Numbered from the stretch's first letter, positions 39,856 to 54,500 are shown. The stretch: DNA of 64,000 bases from Eledone cirrhosa (GCA_964016885.1 OZ024745.1:89032001-89096000), one strand, 5' to 3'. Notes: generated by a model not told the origin, from the sequence alone. Translations and numbers: made by a program.

Positions 39856-40653
39856 CAGCTTGAGCGCGGTAAAAACCAGTTAGACCATCGCGCACCAGAG
39901 TAGTCGCTACTTGGGGTAGGGGAGTGGGCAATATGAAAAAAATTAAGAACTCCCCGACGGGGGCTGACCTCCGGCCTTATGGATCGAGACTGTTAAAACG
40001 GCTGGAGCTCAGGCGTCGGAGTCCAGAATATTTATATATATATATATATATATAAAAACGGAAAAAATGAAACGATATTTCATTACCCACTCTTAGTACG
40101 GCTGTTACTTAAATATAAGTATGTACAGGTACATACATATATGTATACCGACGTACAGTAGTATGTATATATATATACATACATGCACATATATATATAT
40201 ATGCACGTATGGATTCACCGAACATTTATTATAATGCTCGGTGTGTTTGTAAACAAACACCCCGTATTAAGCCGTAGTGTCTAGCAACCACCGTTGCTCG
40301 TTTGTTCAACACTGACAAAGGAACGCTGTACTAGTTTCAAGCTTGTTAGCTATCGTCAGCAACGTATACCTTCCTGCCAGATTGTTGAACGTATATACTT
40401 ACCTTATGCATATTAACGGCTGAGTAGCCCAATTTGCATATATAAATATATATATATATATGTGTGTGTGTGTACACAAAATACTAATTTGTTTCTCAAT
40501 TGATATGTCATGTAATGTATAGTTTATACTTATATTATAGATGCTCTGCATAGAAGTTGATTGAGCTTTATACCGAAAAACCTTATCGATATATATTTTA
40601 TATATATTGGTTAAACCTAAAATTACACACACACACATATATATATATATATA

Positions 40654-40718
<65 letters not shown>

Positions 40719-40971
40719 ACCCCTCACAGTTTTCATATCATGCCTTAGACTCTCTTTCTTCCATTCTTCCTGTCTCTTCGTCCCTCTGCTCAACATGTAG
40801 GTATATTTTAACCCGACCTTTGGCGATGCATATAGTAATCAGCGGTGTACAGCTACTCATCGTAGTGAGATTCCTACAATTTTTTGAAGAAAAAATATAG
40901 AGAGACAGATAGAGTGAGTTGAGCTAGCTGTTGGAACAGAAAGACCCCAATCCTTGGGTCCGTCTCTTTAT

Positions 40972-41043
<72 letters not shown>

Positions 41044-42294
41044 CATATATAAGTACACTCCATCCGACAACGAATTTTTAAATACACTTTTCATGGTCAA
41101 ATTGACAAACATTTCCACCTCTTCTACCTTCATCTCCATACCAATACACATGTTTGCCCTTCTCATATATATAAACTTTTTTTGTCTCATACATGTCCTT
41201 TCTCATTTTGTATCTATGTACCTTTACTTTGGTTTGTTTACTTAATTACTTCGTTTCATACCTTAATTTATCTTCTGTTCTACTATACGCTACTATCGTT
41301 CAATATATTAATAATATTTCTGAAGTATCCAATATTGACCCCCTTTTCTAAACTTCTTACTTTAATTTAAACATCTCTCTATTTACTCTTTATATATATA
41401 TATATTTTTATTCACTTCAATCAAGTTTTTAACGTTTAATTTTTAATTTCCACTGTGAAACCATAATATATAGAAATAAGTTTATATTCTCATAGCGGGG
41501 ATGGTCAACACCATTATCCTGGCGTAGATTAGGGGTAGTATATTAGAACTCATACTCTGCCACAACCACTGGATTTTGGTTAGCTGCCACTCGCAGTATA
41601 CTTTAACAGTGTCATATTACAAACCTGTACGGGGTGGCCGTTTAGTTTGTGGGCATGGCTTGGCTAGTTTTTGGTGAGTTTGGTGTAGTGGATAGTCAGC
41701 TTTCATTTGCGCCTGCGCAGAATTGCGGAGGTGAATTGTTGACCACAGGGGAACGGACAGGCGATTCAAGAACACACGCCTTGTCCGTTCCTTTATAGTT
41801 GCTGTTTGGATTGCCTTGGGAACGAAACCTTATTTTAAAAGAATATGTCTGATGATGTCACGGCACTGGGTACATGGAATCGTGTGGCCACTGTCGTCAT
41901 TGAAATATGTATCACAGCATTACCAATAAAGGACTTTAACATCGCATTTTGTCATTCTAAATATACTCCGTTTTTCCTATGTGGAAAAAATGCGTCGAGT
42001 GCTTGATTTGATTAGCATCAATGTTTGCCGTATGAGTTATATATATATATATGTAAACATAAAATAGTGAATGACATACACATAAATATCTAATGATATA
42101 AAATATCTAATGGTATAAAAATATATATCAAACTTTAATAAGAGACAATCTGTATAGAATGTAAAATACATAGCTAGTTACAATATCATATTAAAATTTA
42201 ACAAAATTTAAAACATAGATACCTGATAAAAATCATATATTTCTCCCTCATATGTATCTTTCATAAAACATGAATACATTTCATCAAATATCGG

Positions 42295-42328
<34 letters not shown>

Positions 42329-42869
42329 TATATATATATATCGGTGTATATTCATATGTAACCCATGTGCAACAACGAAGCACGCCATTTTTCATACATT
42401 TATATTTTTTCCTCCGCTGCGACCTGTCTGTTTCTTTCTTACTGCTTCCTCATTCTCTGTATCTCTCACTTTCTTTTTACCCCCTCTGCCGGTCGCTCTC
42501 TCTCGGCTGGCCTCTTCCTCACACTTTCACTCACTCACTCTCTGCTTCTCCCCCTCTCTCACTTCCTCCCGTTTGACTTGTGTGTAATCCTTTTCTCGCT
42601 CACATCTCACACAGGTCGGATGGTATTTACCTCTCGTCTAGGATTTCACCGAACTTAAGTTCATAGATATCACGAACTTGTGTCTCCTCTTCCTCTCTTT
42701 CTGTTGCATTACTATCTATGTTTGTTTAACTGTCTCGCTCGATTCACCCTATTTTACGTGTCCCAATAACTTTCTTTAGTTATTGTTCGCACCAAACAGA
42801 GGTATATGATCTTTAAAGCGAAGAAATACCAATGAAGGTTGGAAGATCACTGATGAAGGATTAATTTTA

Positions 42870-42913
<44 letters not shown>

Positions 42914-43404
42914 CTTGGGGAGGGTCATATTTGTGTAATAATATTGCCAAAATTAATAACAGAACGCACTCACTGTTTATTGGGACACGTAAAATAGGGT
43001 GAGGCGAGTGAGACAGGTAAACAACCAAACAGAAAAGATGGTGGAGGCATACAATACAACGGGACGAAATATAATAGCACCACTGACGATGTTGCAGATG
43101 TGCAACGAAAGAAAATTGTTAGACTATATATATATATATATGTTTCTGTCTCTATTGTATCTGTATTTTTGACCGTTGGTCAGTCAATGTTAACATTGAG
43201 GACCGAATAAATTAAATTAACCGATATAAAAGATACAGAAGCAAAACCAACCAAACAGTGAGTGTGTTCTGTTATTAATTCTGGCAATATTATTAAAAAA
43301 ATATGACCTTCCCCAAGTATAACAATATTTGTTTCGTCACACGATTTCATATCAAAAACATTGTTATACTTGGGGAGGGTCATATTTGTTTAATAATATT
43401 TCCA

Positions 43405-43595
43405 GGGCGGTGGATTGGCAGTATCGGTAGAGTGTCGGACGCCATGCTTTGACGCAAGGAGTTACGGCCCTTGCCATTCTGAGTTCAAATCCCACCAAGG
43501 TTAACTTTGCCTTTCATCCTTACGGGGTCGATAAAAATAAAGTACCAGTAATGCACTGGTTAATTGCTGGCCTTGTGCCAAAAGTAGAAACAGTT
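43405..43595 (+). mobile_element. Full-length SINE
   Basis: GGGCGGTGGATTGGCAG start, B-box, Meta-like core, ends in (TA)n. Confidence 0.92.
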
Positions 43596-43966
43596 ATATA
43601 TATATATATATATACGAACAGCAAAGGACACGTTTCGCACCTTTCCGACAGACAACATTTCCCCCACCCCGGAAAAAACCCCAGTTGATGGATGTGAATC
43701 CGAAATATATAGGGACAATTAAATCTCTCCCAAGGTAACTCTCTCTCGTGTTGTTATTTTTATTTTTATCCTTTACGCTCTTTCCTTCATTCCCCTACAC
43801 GTCTTATTCACGCCACGCATCTCAACGTACACCCACTTACATCTCTCTCTCCACCACCGGATCCTGTTACCCGGAGATTTAGCCATTTTCATTGTCGAGG
43901 CTTCCAAACGACTTAAAGTAATTTACCTTATTATTCCACAATGCTTCAAGCAAACTTCAATACTCT

Positions 43967-44016
<50 letters not shown>

Positions 44017-44285
44017 AAAATATGTCTATAGAATCACCAGATAAAATATATACAATTTCCTCTCCCAATTAGCATAATTAACCATATAAAAAATCGAATA
44101 GACCAGGCTATAAGAATAAGGCTTCTATGATGAAATCTCCAACAAATAACCGAAACCAGCCCTTCGCGCCGGCTGCGACGGAATATTTATCGAATATTTC
44201 GACAGCGTAATCGCCCAGATATACAGTCAATTAAACAGAATTAGGTGTAAAATAAACTAGGAGAAAATAGAATACATTTATTTAC

Positions 44286-44358
44286 CTCGACCATGGTTTC
44301 GTCCGCATTCTAAGATATCCGATAATTCGGAACCCTGAGCACCGGACTCTTCAGGAGT
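44286..44358 (-). ncRNA. Type I hammerhead ribozyme (inverted copy)
   Basis: Reverse complement of the motif at 44776-44849. Confidence 0.8.
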
Positions 44359-44775
44359 TAGCTCAAATCTAGACAATACATTTTCCAAGTTTATATGGTT
44401 AATTATGCTAATAGGGAGAGGAAATGGTATAAATTTTATCTGGTGATTCTATAGACATGTTTTATGATATATAGCTCTGATTATTTAGTTTATTGACTTT
44501 TCATTGAGCCACAAAGTGACCCGTTGCAAAACACGTATATGTATGTGTGTATATATATATATATATATGTAAACCTTTATATGTACTAATCTCCCGTTAG
44601 GTTGAGATACAAATTTGGCTGTATTGTGCTGCGCTTTCTAGCCAAAAGCCACCAGCCGTAAGCAACTAACCACACTCCTTCCAACCTGACCGCTGCTACG
44701 TCACGATTCTTAGCCATTTTTGAATGTATTCTTGGCGCGATCACCTTGGAAAATTTATTGTCTAGATTTGAGCTA

Positions 44776-44849
44776 ACTCCTGAAGAGTCCGGTGCTCAGG
44801 GTTCCGAATTATCGGATATCTTAGAATGCGGACGAAACCATGGTCGAGG
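44776..44849 (+). ncRNA. Type I hammerhead ribozyme
   Basis: Stem I CTC/GAG; core CTGAAGA 44780-44786; stem II GTCCG/CGGAC with an internal TCCGA/TCGGA hairpin; GAAA 44834-44837; palindromic stem III ACCATGGT; GUC cleavage after 44845. Confidence 0.82.
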
Positions 44850-45197
44850 TAAGTAAATGTATTCTCTTTTCTCCTAGTTTATTTTACACCTAATTCTGTT
44901 TAATTGACTGTATATCTGGGCGATTACGCTGTCGAAATATTCGATAAATATTCCGTCGCAGCCGGCGCGAAGGGCTGGTTTCGGTTATTTGTTGGAGATT
45001 TCATCATAGAAGCCTTATTCTTATAGCCTGGTCTATTCGATTTTTTATATGGTTAATTATGCTAATTGGGAGAGGAAATGGTATATATTTTATCTGGTGA
45101 TTCTATAGACATATTTTATGATATATAGCTCTGATTATTTAGTTTATTGACTTTTCATTGAGCCACAAAGTGACCCGTTGCAAAACACGTATATTTA

Positions 45198-45249
<52 letters not shown>

Positions 45250-45389
45250 AGGAAAATAATCGAAAAGGCTACTGGAGTCTTTTTAAGAATATTTATTTGT
45301 TTCCTTTACCGGTTTCACATTTCTTATGCTTTTCAAACGTAAAATTGAGATGGTGGGTTTGTGGGTTTTCTAGCATCATATATATATAT

Positions 45390-46085
45390 ACTGATTAATG
45401 TTCAAAGCCATCCTCATCATTGTCGTGTAGCACCCATCCACTATCTCAGTGAGTTTCTTGGTTAGTGTCCAAGTCTCAGACCTGTCCAGCAGCACTGACG
45501 GTAACGAAGAGACGGATCTTCACGTCTTTACGAAGGTCCGACTTCCACTCCGATCTCAAGCTGTGCCACACCGCCCAGTCTTTGCTCTTCCTCTCGACCA
45601 CATCATCTTCCATGTTTCCATCTTTGTTGCCAAATACACGTAGTCCACAACCAATTCTAGCGGCTTCCCGCCTACATTAGTAATCTTCTCTGGCTTCTTA
45701 ATATTCTCAACCAGATATTTCCTCTTAATCTCATTCATTTTCAGCCTCACACTCATCGACACAATCTCCGCCTCTTGCATTAAATACTCTGCCTCCTTCA
45801 CTCAGAGTTGTACGGGAGCCTCCCAAATGTCAGCTCGAGAGTGGCACAGAGGAGACTGAGGTTAGCTGGACATGCTCACCGATATCCAGAGTTGACATTG
45901 CACTCAGTGCTCCCGCGGGAGCCTCTACATGGATACACTGGAAGAGGAAGACCGAGGTTAACATATGTTGGTGTACTAAGGATAGACACTGGTCTCTTGG
46001 AGACGCAGGACATGGCAGTGATATTGAGGGACAGAGACCTCTGCAGAGAACTCGTCCATGGATCTCGGGAATTTTACTCGCCCTA

Positions 46086-46086
<1 letters not shown>
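45390..46086. mobile_element. RTE-type LINE 3' fragment with 5' inversion
   Basis: Minus 45803-45390 encodes ..YVYLA..SETWTLTKKL..DGCYTTMMRMALNI; plus ~45800-46086 continues SELYGSLP..RRLRLAGH..GRGRPRLTY. Confidence 0.75.
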
Positions 46087-46127
<41 letters not shown>

Positions 46128-46251
46128 TATATATATATATATGTATTGAAGTTTCCGTTGAAAACAGAAAAAGTCATAGGAGTGAAGAGTGCTCTATATA
46201 AGTACCAGAGCAAAATTTAATGTATAAAAAACAACACTACAGTATAATTAT

Positions 46252-46319
46252 CTCATTACCAGAGGTTTCCCGAATAAGGCGAATACGAAAGAAACGTCTT
46301 CATTCGTTCGTCGGACGAG
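46252..46319 (-). ncRNA. Degenerate hammerhead motif
   Basis: Stem I CTCGT/ATGAG, core CCGACGA (U4 to C), stem II CGAAT..ATTCG, GAAACCTCTGGTA. Confidence 0.5.
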
Positions 46320-46425
46320 GCAATATAAAACATAGCTAAATATTTGGAAAGTCTCCTCAAGAAATGCAAAAAAAAATGCAAAAAAAATTATGTAAATATA
46401 GGAGAAGGTAATAAAATAGACATAT

Positions 46426-46466
<41 letters not shown>

Positions 46467-46470
<4 letters not shown>

Positions 46471-48014
46471 CCGTAACTATATGACGCAAAGCATAATGTC
46501 CGACGCTCTACCGATAATGCCAATCCACCGTCCTAATAATAATAGTTTCTCATATAGGCACAACGCCAGCAATTTTCGGGGGAGGGGAAGGTCGATTAAA
46601 TCGACTCCAGTGGGTGGCTGGTACTTTATTTTTACCGACCCCGTAAGAATGAAAGGCAAAGTTAACTTCGGTGGGATTTGAACTCAGATCATAAAGCGCC
46701 GTAACTTAATGCTGCAATGCATGGCGTCCGACCCTCAACGGATACTGCCAATCCACCGACCGAATGATAATAATTCGGGTAAAGTTTTCTCCAATTTTGC
46801 ATATTTACACCGACTGCGATCGGCCAAAAATAACCTCATTGGTTTCCGAAAGTAACCAGACAAGCGCTGATCGAAAGCTGTTCTTTGTTATACAACCACT
46901 GAAAACGGTATATACATATGCCGATCTTGTTGCTTATATTATATTATTCATAGGTCACAGTATGACTATATTATGATACAGATAATTGACATATTTACAA
47001 GGTAGATTAGATCTTGATATTTGAAATAAACATTATTTCTGGGAAGACAGTGAACACCCACATGGGAGATACGAACCACCGAACATTCGATATGTAGGAT
47101 GCCACATTATTTACTGAACAGGTTTAAATCACCTTTTACAACAAAATAAAAGCATTGTTGTTCTTTAACGATTCATTTGACTCTCTATTAAAATGGTAAA
47201 TGTTAAAATTCATTATATTGCGAAAATGCGTAGGACATCTTCCGGTGTTCGTGAAAATCCTCACTGGAATTCAATAGAAAAAAGACAAAACACACAAGAT
47301 GACAATAAAATGAATGTACTGCTTCAGAAAGCAAAACTTATTTTAAACTTGATTCGTGTTCTCAGCGTGTTTTCAACATATAATCATAATAATAATGGTT
47401 TCAGATTTTGGCACAAAGCCAGCAATTTGGGGGAGGGATAAGTCGATTAAATCAACTCCAGTACAATGTTGGTTCTTTATTGTATCGACCTCAGTGCATT
47501 ATTGGTACTTTATTTTATCTATACCAGTGCGTGACTGGTACTTTATGTTATCAGCCCCCATAAGGAAGAAAGGCAAAGCTTACCTTTGCGGGATTTGGAC
47601 TCAGAACGTAAAGGGCCGTAACTATATGACGCAAAGCATAATGTCCGACGCTCTACCGATAATGCCAATCCACCGTCCTAATAATAATAGTTTCTCATAT
47701 AGGCACAACGCCAGCAATTTTCGGGGGAGGGGAAGGTCGATTAAATCGACTCCAGTGGGTGGCTGGTACTTTATTTTTACCGACCCCGTAAGAATGAAAG
47801 GCAAAGTTAACTTCGGTGGGATTTGAACTCAGATCATAAAGCGCCGTAACTTAATGCTGCAATGCATGGCGTCCGACCCTCAACGGATACTGCCAATCCA
47901 CCGACCGAATGATAATAATTCGGGTAAAGTTTTCTCCAATTTTGCATATTTACACCGACTGCGATCGGCCAAAAATAACCTCATTGGTTTCCGAAAGTAA
48001 CCAGACAAGCGCTG
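46467..48014. repeat. 403-bp direct duplication (46467-46869 = 47612-48014) containing minus-strand SINEs
   Basis: Identical translations in the ORF track at offset 1145; SINEs at ~46545-46760, ~47395-47680 and ~47690-47905. Confidence 0.9.
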
Positions 48015-48577
48015 TAAAGATCCTATATGTTTTTATATATTTTTCTCTTTGACGAATTGTAAGGGCGTTGGAAAAACATGCTTTGCATATAGTTACGGCC
48101 ACTTATGATTTCAAATCCCTCCGGGGTCAAATTTGCTTTTGTCCTTCTAAGTTAGATAACATAAAGTGACAATAAAGTACTGGAGTTCATGAAATCAATT
48201 GTAGTCTTCCTCCATATTGATGAACTTCAGCCAATTTTAGAAAGTAATATTATAGATTTGTGTAATTTTAACATACGTGTGCAGGGTTGTTTTTAAGAGT
48301 CTTTTGTGTCTTAGTCTAGACAAAGTCGTGACATTCTCATGAAATATGAATTGATGAAGATGCTAATGAAGATGTAAATTTCCAAACGAAAACACAAATT
48401 CTGCGAAACCATATGCAAATTTAAATTTTACATTCATTTAATACTTGCACGCTACGGCTGTTTATTGGCTAGATGAAGCGAAGTATGATTCTATATCGTA
48501 AATGTTATAGACAACCAGATTTCAATTCCACACCAGATTTTTGTTTCGTTTTAAACCATTTTCGAACAGATAGAGAA

Positions 48578-51500
48578 ATTGCTATAGATGTAGTTGCTAC
48601 ATAGATTGCTATATATGTAGTTGCTACATAGATTGTCATAGACGTAGTTGCTACATAGATTGTTATAGATGTAGTTGCTACATAGATTGTTATAGATGTA
48701 GTTGCTACATAGATTGCCATAGATGTAGTTGCTACATAGATTGCCATAGATGTAGTTGCTACATAGATTGCCATAGATGTAGTTGCTACATTGATTTTTA
48801 TAGATGTAGTTGCTACATAGATTGTCATAGACGTAGTTGCTACATAGATTGTTATAGATGTAGTTGCTACATAGATTACTATAGATGTATTTGCTACATA
48901 GATTGCCATAGATGGAGTTGCTACATAGATTGCCATAGATGTAGTTGCTACATAGATTGCCATAGATGTAGTTGCTACAGAGATTGCCATAGATGTAGTT
49001 GCTACATAGATTGTTATAGATGTAGTTGCTACGTAGATTGACATACCTGGAGTTGCTACATAGATTACCATAGATGTAGTTGCTACATAGATTGTTATAG
49101 ATGTAGTTGCTACATAGATTGTTATAGATGTAGTTGCTACATAGATTGCTATAGATGTATTTGCTACATAGATTGCCATAGATGGAGTTGCTACATAGAT
49201 TACCATAGATGTAGTTGCTACATAGATTGCCATAGATATAGTTGCTACATAGATTGCCATAGATGTAGTTGCTACATAGATTGTTATAGATGTAGTTGCT
49301 ACATAGATTGCTATATAAGTAGTTGCTACATAGATTGCTATAGATGTAGTTGCTACATATATTGTTATAGATGTAGTTGCTACATAGATTGCTATATAAG
49401 TAGTTGCTACATAGATTGCTATAGATGTAGTTGCTACATAGATTGTTATAGATGTAGTTGCTACATAGATTGCTATAGATGTAGTTGCTACATAGATTGT
49501 TATAGATGTATTTGCTACATAGATTGCCATAGATGGAATTGCTACATATATTACTATAGATGTAGTTGCTACATAGATTGTTATAGATGTAGTTGCTACA
49601 TAGATTGTTATAGATGTAGTTGCTACATAGATTGTTATAGACGTAGTTGCTACATAGATTGCCATAGATGTAGTTGCTACATAGATTGCCAAAGATGTAA
49701 TTGCTACATAGATTGCCATAGATCTAGTTGATACATAGATTGCCATAGATGTAGTTGCTACATAGATTGTTATAGATGTAGTTGCTACATAGATTGCCAT
49801 TGATGGAGTTGCTACGTAGATTGTTATAGATGTAGTTGCTACATAGATTGCCATAGATGTAGTTGCTACATAGATTGCCATAGATGTAGTTGCTACATAG
49901 ATTGTTATAGATGTAGTTGCTAAATAGATTGCTATAGATGTATTGCTACATAGATTGTTATAGATGTAGTTGCTACATAGATTGCCATAGATGTAGTTGC
50001 TACATAGATTGTTATAGATGTAGTTGCTACATTGATTGTTATGGATGTAGTTGCTACATAGATTATTATAGATGTAGTTGCTACATAGATTGTTATAGAT
50101 GTAGTTGCTACATAGATTGCCATAGATGTAGTTGCTACATAGATTGTTATATATGTAGTTGCTACATATATTGAAATGGACGTAGTTGCTACATAGATTG
50201 TTATAGATGTAGTTGCTACATAGATTGCCATAGATGTAGTTGCTACATAGATTGTTATATATGTGGTTGCTATATAGATTGCTATAGATGTAGTTGCTAC
50301 ATAGATTGTTATAGATGTAGTTGCTACATAGATTGCTATAGATGTAGTTGCTACATAGATTGCCATAGATGTAGTTGCTACATAGATCGTCATAGACGTA
50401 GTTGCTACAGAGATTGCCATAGATGTAGTTGCTACATAGATTGTTATAGATGTAGTTGCTACATAGATTGCTATAGATGTATTTGCTACATAGATTGCCA
50501 TAGATGGAGTTGCTACATAGATTACCATAGATGTAGTTGCTACATTGATTGTTATAGATGTAGTTGCTACATAGATTGCTATAGATGTATTTGCTACATA
50601 GATTGCCATAGATGGAGTTGCTACATAGATTACCACAGATGTAGTTGCTACATAGATTGTTATAAATGTAGTTGCTACATAGATTGCCATAGATGTATTT
50701 GCTACATAGATTGCCATAGATGTAGTTGCTACATTGATTGTTATAGATGTAGTTGCTACATATATTGTTCTAGATGTAGTTGCTACATAGATTGTTATAG
50801 ATGTAGTTGCTACATAGATTGCTATAGATGTAGTTGCTGCATAGATTGCTATAGATGTAGTTGCTACATAGATTGTTATAGATGGAGTTGCTACATAGAT
50901 TGCCATAGATGTAGTTGCTACATAGATTGCCATAGATGTGGTTGCTACATTGATTTTTATAGATGTAGTTGCTACATAGATTGCTATAGATGTATTTGCT
51001 ACATAGATTGCCATAGATGGAGTTGCTACATAGATTGCCATAGATGTAGTTGCTACATAGATTGTCATAGATGTAGTTGCTACAGAGATTGCCATAGATG
51101 TAGTTGCTACGTAGATTGTTATAGATGTAGTTGCTACGTAGATTGACATACCTGGAGTTGCTACATAGATTACCATAGATGTAGTTGCTACATAGATTGT
51201 TATAGATGTAGTTGCTACATATATTGCTATATATGTATTTGCTACATAGATTGCCATAGATGGAGTTGCTACATAGATTACCATAGATGTAGTTGCTACA
51301 TAGATTATTATAGATGTAGTTGCTACATAGATTGCTTTATAAGTAGTTGCTACATAGATTGCTATAGATGTAGTTGCTACATAGATTGTTATAGATGTAG
51401 TTGCTACATAGATTGCTATATAAGTAGTTGCTACATAGATTGCTATAGATGTAGTTGCTACACAGATTGTTATAGATGTAGTTGCTACATAGATTGCTAT

Positions 51501-54500
51501 AGATGTAGTTGCTACATAGATTGTTATAGATGTATTTGCTACATAGATTGCCATAGATGGAATTGCTACATATATTGCTATAGATGTAGTTGCTACATAG
51601 ATTGTTATAGATGTAGTTGCTACATAGATTGTTATAGATGTAGTTGCTACATAGATTGTTATAGACGTTGTTGCTACATAGATTACCATAGATGTAGTTG
51701 CTACATAGATTGCCATAGATGTAATTGCTACATAGATTGCCATAGATGTAGTTGATACATAGATTGCCATAGATGTAGTTGCTACATAGATTGTTATAGA
51801 TGTAGTTGCTACATAGATTGCCATAGATGGAGTTGCTACATAGATTGCCATAGATGTAGTTGCTACATAGATTGCCATAGATGTAGTTGCTACATATATT
51901 GCCATAGATGTAGTTGCTACATAGATTGTTATAGATGTAGTTGCTACATAGATTGCCATTGATGGAGTTGCTACGTAGATTACCATAGATGTAGTTGCTA
52001 CATAGATTGCCATATATGTAGTTGCTACATAGATTGCCATAGATGTAGTTGCTACATAGATTGTTATATATGTAGTTGCTAAATAGATTGCTATAAATGT
52101 AGTTGCTACATAGATTGTTATAGATGTAGTTGCTACATAGATTGCCATAGATGTAGTTGCTACGTAGATTGCCATAGATGTAGTTGCTACATTGATTGTT
52201 ATAGATGTAGTTGCTACATAGATTGTTATAGATGTAGTTGCTACATAGATTGTTATAGATGTAGTTGCTACATAGATTGCCATAGATGTAGTTGCTACAT
52301 AGATTGTTATATATGTAGTTGCTACATATATTGAAATGGACGTAGTTGCTACATAGATTGTTATAGATGTAGTTGCTACATAGATTGCCATAGATGTAGT
52401 TGTTACATAGATTGTTATATATGTAGTTGCTACATAGATTGCTATAGATGTAGTTGCTACATAGATTGTTATAGATGTAGTTGCTACATAGATTGCTATA
52501 GATGTAGTTGCTACATAGATTGCCATAGATGTAGTTGCTACATAGATCGTCATAGACGTGGTTGCTACATAGATTGTTATAGATGTAGTTGCTACATAGA
52601 TTGCCATTTATGTAGTTGCTACATAGATTGTTATAAATGTAGTTGCTACATAGATTGCCATAGATGTATTTGCTACATAGATTGCCATAGATGTAGTTGC
52701 TACATTGATTGTTATAGATGTAGTTGCTACATATATTGTTATAGATGTAGTTGCTACATAGATTGTTATAGATGTAGTTGCTACACAGATCGCCATAGAT
52801 GGAGTTGCTACATAGATTGCTATAGATGTAGTAGCTACATAGATTGCTATAGATGTAGTTGCTACATATATTGCTATAGATGTAGTTGCTACATAGATTG
52901 TTATAGATGTAGTTGCTACATAGATTGCTATAGATGTATTTGCTACATAGATCGTTATAGATGTAGTTGCTACATAGATTGTTATAGATGTAGTTGCTAC
53001 ATAGATTGCTATAGATGTATTTGCTACATAGATTGTTATAGATGTATTTGCTACATAGATTGTTATAGATGTAGTTGCTACATAGATTGCTATAGATGTA
53101 TTTGCTACATATATTGCTATAGATGTAGTTGCTACATAGATTGTTATAGATGTAGTTGCTACATAGATTGTTATAAATGTAGTTGCTACATAGATTGCTA
53201 TATAAGTAGTTGCTACATATATTGCCATAGATGTAGTTGCTACATAGATTGCCATAGATGTAGTTGCTACATAGATTGCCATAGATGTAGTTGCTACATA
53301 GATTGTTATAGATGTATTTGCTACATAGATTGTCATAGATGGAATTGCTACATATATTGCTATAGATGTAGTTGCTACATAGATTGTTATAGATGTAGTT
53401 GCTACATAGATTGTTATAGATGTAGTTGCTACATAGATTGCTATATAAGTAGTTGCTACATAGATTGCTATAGATGTAGTTGCTACACAGATTGTTATAG
53501 ATGTAGTTGCTACATAGATTGCTATAGATGTAGTTGCTACATAGATTGTTATAGATGTATTTGCTACATAGATTGCCATAGATGGAATTGCTACATATAT
53601 TGCTATAGATGTAGTTGCTACATAGATTGTTATAGATGTAGTTGCTACATAGATTGTTATAGATGTAGTTGCTACATAGATTGTTATAGACGTTGTTGCT
53701 ACATAGATTACCATAGATGTAGTTGCTACATAGATTGCCATAGATGTAATTGCTACATAGATTGCCATAGATGTAGTTGATACATAGATTGCCATAGATG
53801 TAGTTGCTACATAGATTGTTATAGATGTAGTTGCTACATAGATTGCCATAGATGGAGTTGCTACATAGATTGCCATAGATGTAGTTGCTACATAGATTGC
53901 CATAGATGTAGTTGCTACATATATTGCCATAGATGTAGTTGCTACATAGATTGTTATAGATGTAGTTGCTACATAGATTGCCATTGATGGAGTTGCTACG
54001 TAGATTACCATAGATGTAGTTGCTACATAGATTGCCATAGATGTAGTTGCTACATAGATTGCCATAGATGTAGTTGCTACATAGATTGTTATATATGTAG
54101 TTGCTAAATAGATTGCTATAAATGTAGTTGCTACATAGATTGTTATAGATGTAGTTGCTACATAGATTGCCATAGATGTAGTTGCTACGTAGTTTGCCAT
54201 AGATGTAGTTGCTACATTGATTGTTATAGATGTAGTTGCTACATAGATTGTTATAGATGTAGTTGCTACATAGATTGTTATAGATGTAGTTGCTACATAG
54301 ATTGCCATAGATGTAGTTGCTACATAGATTGTTATATATGTAGTTGCTACATATATTGAAATGGACGTAGTTGCTACATAGATTGTTATAGATGTAGTTG
54401 CTACATAGATTGCCATAGATGTAGTTGTTACATAGATTGTTATATATGTAGTTGCTACATAGATTGCTATAGATGTAGTTGCTACATAGATTGTTATAGA

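Larger units (their letters stand above)
44013..45200. mobile_element. Non-coding PLE pseudo-LTR/retrozyme-like structure: ~380-bp inverted repeat plus ~155-bp direct repeat
   Basis: 44013-44390 is the reverse complement of ~44746-45122; 44392-44545 repeats ~45046-45200; flanked by (TA)n. Confidence 0.75.

Noticed and set aside
41626-41960. Possible solo LTR with hairpin GGAACGGACAGGCG/CGCCTTGTCCGTTCC and AATAAA
   Set aside because: No clear TG..CA termini with TSD and no match to the Gypsy 5' LTR end; cannot be assigned without a search
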